A stretch of DNA of 63,990 nt, the filler included, from Octopus bimaculoides (taxonomy: Eukaryota): the NCBI RefSeq assembly GCF_001194135.2. It is 7 parts of 6 records of this genome, joined end to end, with 100 filler letters (N's around TTAATTAATTAA, not from the genome) between each part and the next. Parts side by side here need not be neighbours in the genome. Positions count along the whole stretch, not along the records: positions 61,605 to 63,990 come from NC_068997.1; 6 more parts are not named here. One strand, 5' to 3'. Position 1 is the stretch's first letter; each line of letters opens with the position of its first letter. The translations under genes were made by a program, and so were the position numbers. Below the pieces are notes generated by a model that was not told the DNA's origin, did no database searches, and was given only the letters and a program-made list of their open reading frames with translations. Positions 62,600 through 63,990 of the stretch are shown piece after piece.

Positions 62600-63990
62600 G
62601 CCACTACTACTACATTAGTACAAGACATAANNNNNNNNNNNNNNNNNNNNNNNNNNNNNNNNNNNNNNNNNNNNNNNNNNNNNNNNNNNNNNNNNNNNNN
62701 NNNNNNNNNNNNNNNNNNNNNNNNNNNNNNNNNNNNNNNNNNNNNNNNNNNNNNNNNNNNNNNNNNNNNNNNNNNNNNNNNNNNNNNNNNNNNNNNNNNN
62801 NNNNNNNNNNNNNNNNNNNNNNNNNNNNNNNNNNNNNNNNNNNNNNNNNNNNNNNNNNNNNNNNNNNNNNNNNNNNNNNNNNNNNNNNNNNNNNNNNNNN
62901 NNNNNNNNNNNNNNNNNNNNNNNNNNNNNNNNNNNNNNNNNNNNNNNNNNNNNNNNNNNNNNNNNNNNNNNNNNNNNNNNNNNNNNNNNNNNNNNNNNNN
63001 NNNNNNNNNNNNNNNNNNNNNNNNNNNNNNNNNNNNNNNNNNNNNNNNNNNNNNNNNNNNNNNNNNNNNNNNNNNNNNNNNNNNNNNNNNNNNNNNNNNN
63101 NNNNNNNNNNNNNNNNNNNNNNNNNNNNNNNNNNNNNNNNNNNNNNNNNNNNNNNNNNNNNNNNNNNNNNNNNNNNNNNNNNNNNNNNNNNNNNNNNNNN
63201 NNNNNNNNNNNNNNNNNNNNNNNNNNNNNNNNNNNNNNNNNNNNNNNNNNNNNNNNNNNNNNNNNNNNNNNNNNNNNNNNNNNNNNNNNNNNNNNNNNNN
63301 NNNNNNNNNNNNNNNNNNNNNNNNNNNNNNNNNNNNNNNNNNNNNNNNNNNNNNNNNNNNNNNNNNNNNNNNNNNNNNNNNNNNNNNNNNNNNNNNNNNN
63401 NNNNNNNNNNNNNNNNNNNNNNNNNNNNNNNNNNNNNNNNNNNNNNNNNNNNNNNNNNNNNNNNNNNNNNNNNNNNNNNNNNNNNNNNNNNNNNNNNNNN
63501 NNNNNNNNNNNNNNNNNNNNNNNNNNNNNNNNNNNNNNNNNNNNNNNNNNNNNNNNNNNNNNNNNNNNNNNNNNNNNNNNNNNNCAACAACAACAACTAC
63601 GTTATTACCACCAACACCGCCACCACTACCACAGCCACCGCCACCACAGCCACCACTACCACAGCCACCACTACCACAGCCACCACTACCACAGCCACCA
63701 GCACCACCTTCTGCAGTACCTGTTGGTTCCAATAGTCAGAAGACGGGCCAGAATTAGCCTTTATGTGGTCATCGAAATGCTAGAAACATCAGGTAAATCC
63801 TCCTCCCAAACAACCACCACCACCGCCATCATTACGACACCTAACCGCACCAATACGAACTAGCACCTCCACAAAAACAACAATCACCACCACCATCAAC
63901 AACAACAACAACATTGTTATCACCAACACCGCCACCAACACCACAGCCACCACCACGACCACCACCAATACCACCAACACCACTAACAAT
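62130..63990. repeat. Degenerate (ACC/ACT/ACA)n low-complexity region interrupted by a gap
   Basis: Direct inspection; includes 15-nt units ACCACTACCACAGCC near 63620-63700. Confidence 0.9.

Noticed and set aside
62130-63990. Thr/Pro-rich mucin-like reading frames
   Set aside because: The frame shifts repeatedly, there are no clear splice sites, and similar degenerate ACC/ACT tracts occur elsewhere in the window (56100-56360).

Overview
This is a repeat-saturated, AT-rich eukaryotic scaffold window with many N gaps. The SINE and microsatellite landscape resembles a cephalopod such as Octopus, but that is an inference from recalled repeat families, not a database match. I found no complete host gene, only one plausible FN3-like exon (45303-45415). 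Almost all ORFs in the supplied track are microsatellite or N-gap artefacts. The real content is decayed transposable elements: Tc1/mariner, Helitrons (Rep/PIF1), L1/Tx1-like, CR1/L2-like, R4-like (RLE) and RTE LINEs, Penelope-like elements (PLEs), several tRNA-derived SINE families and MITEs. The standout signal is RNA-level, with at least four hammerhead ribozyme (HHR) motifs plus relics. One is a canonical type I HHR at the tip of a ~140-nt rod-like stem (56801-56940) with no parent element visible. Another is a minimal HHR in a Penelope terminal repeat that also carries tRNA-like Pol III A/B boxes. The window also shows a LINE and a SINE sharing a 3' stem-loop tail, and an in-frame fusion of two different LINE reverse transcriptases. 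All structures and alignments were done by eye.
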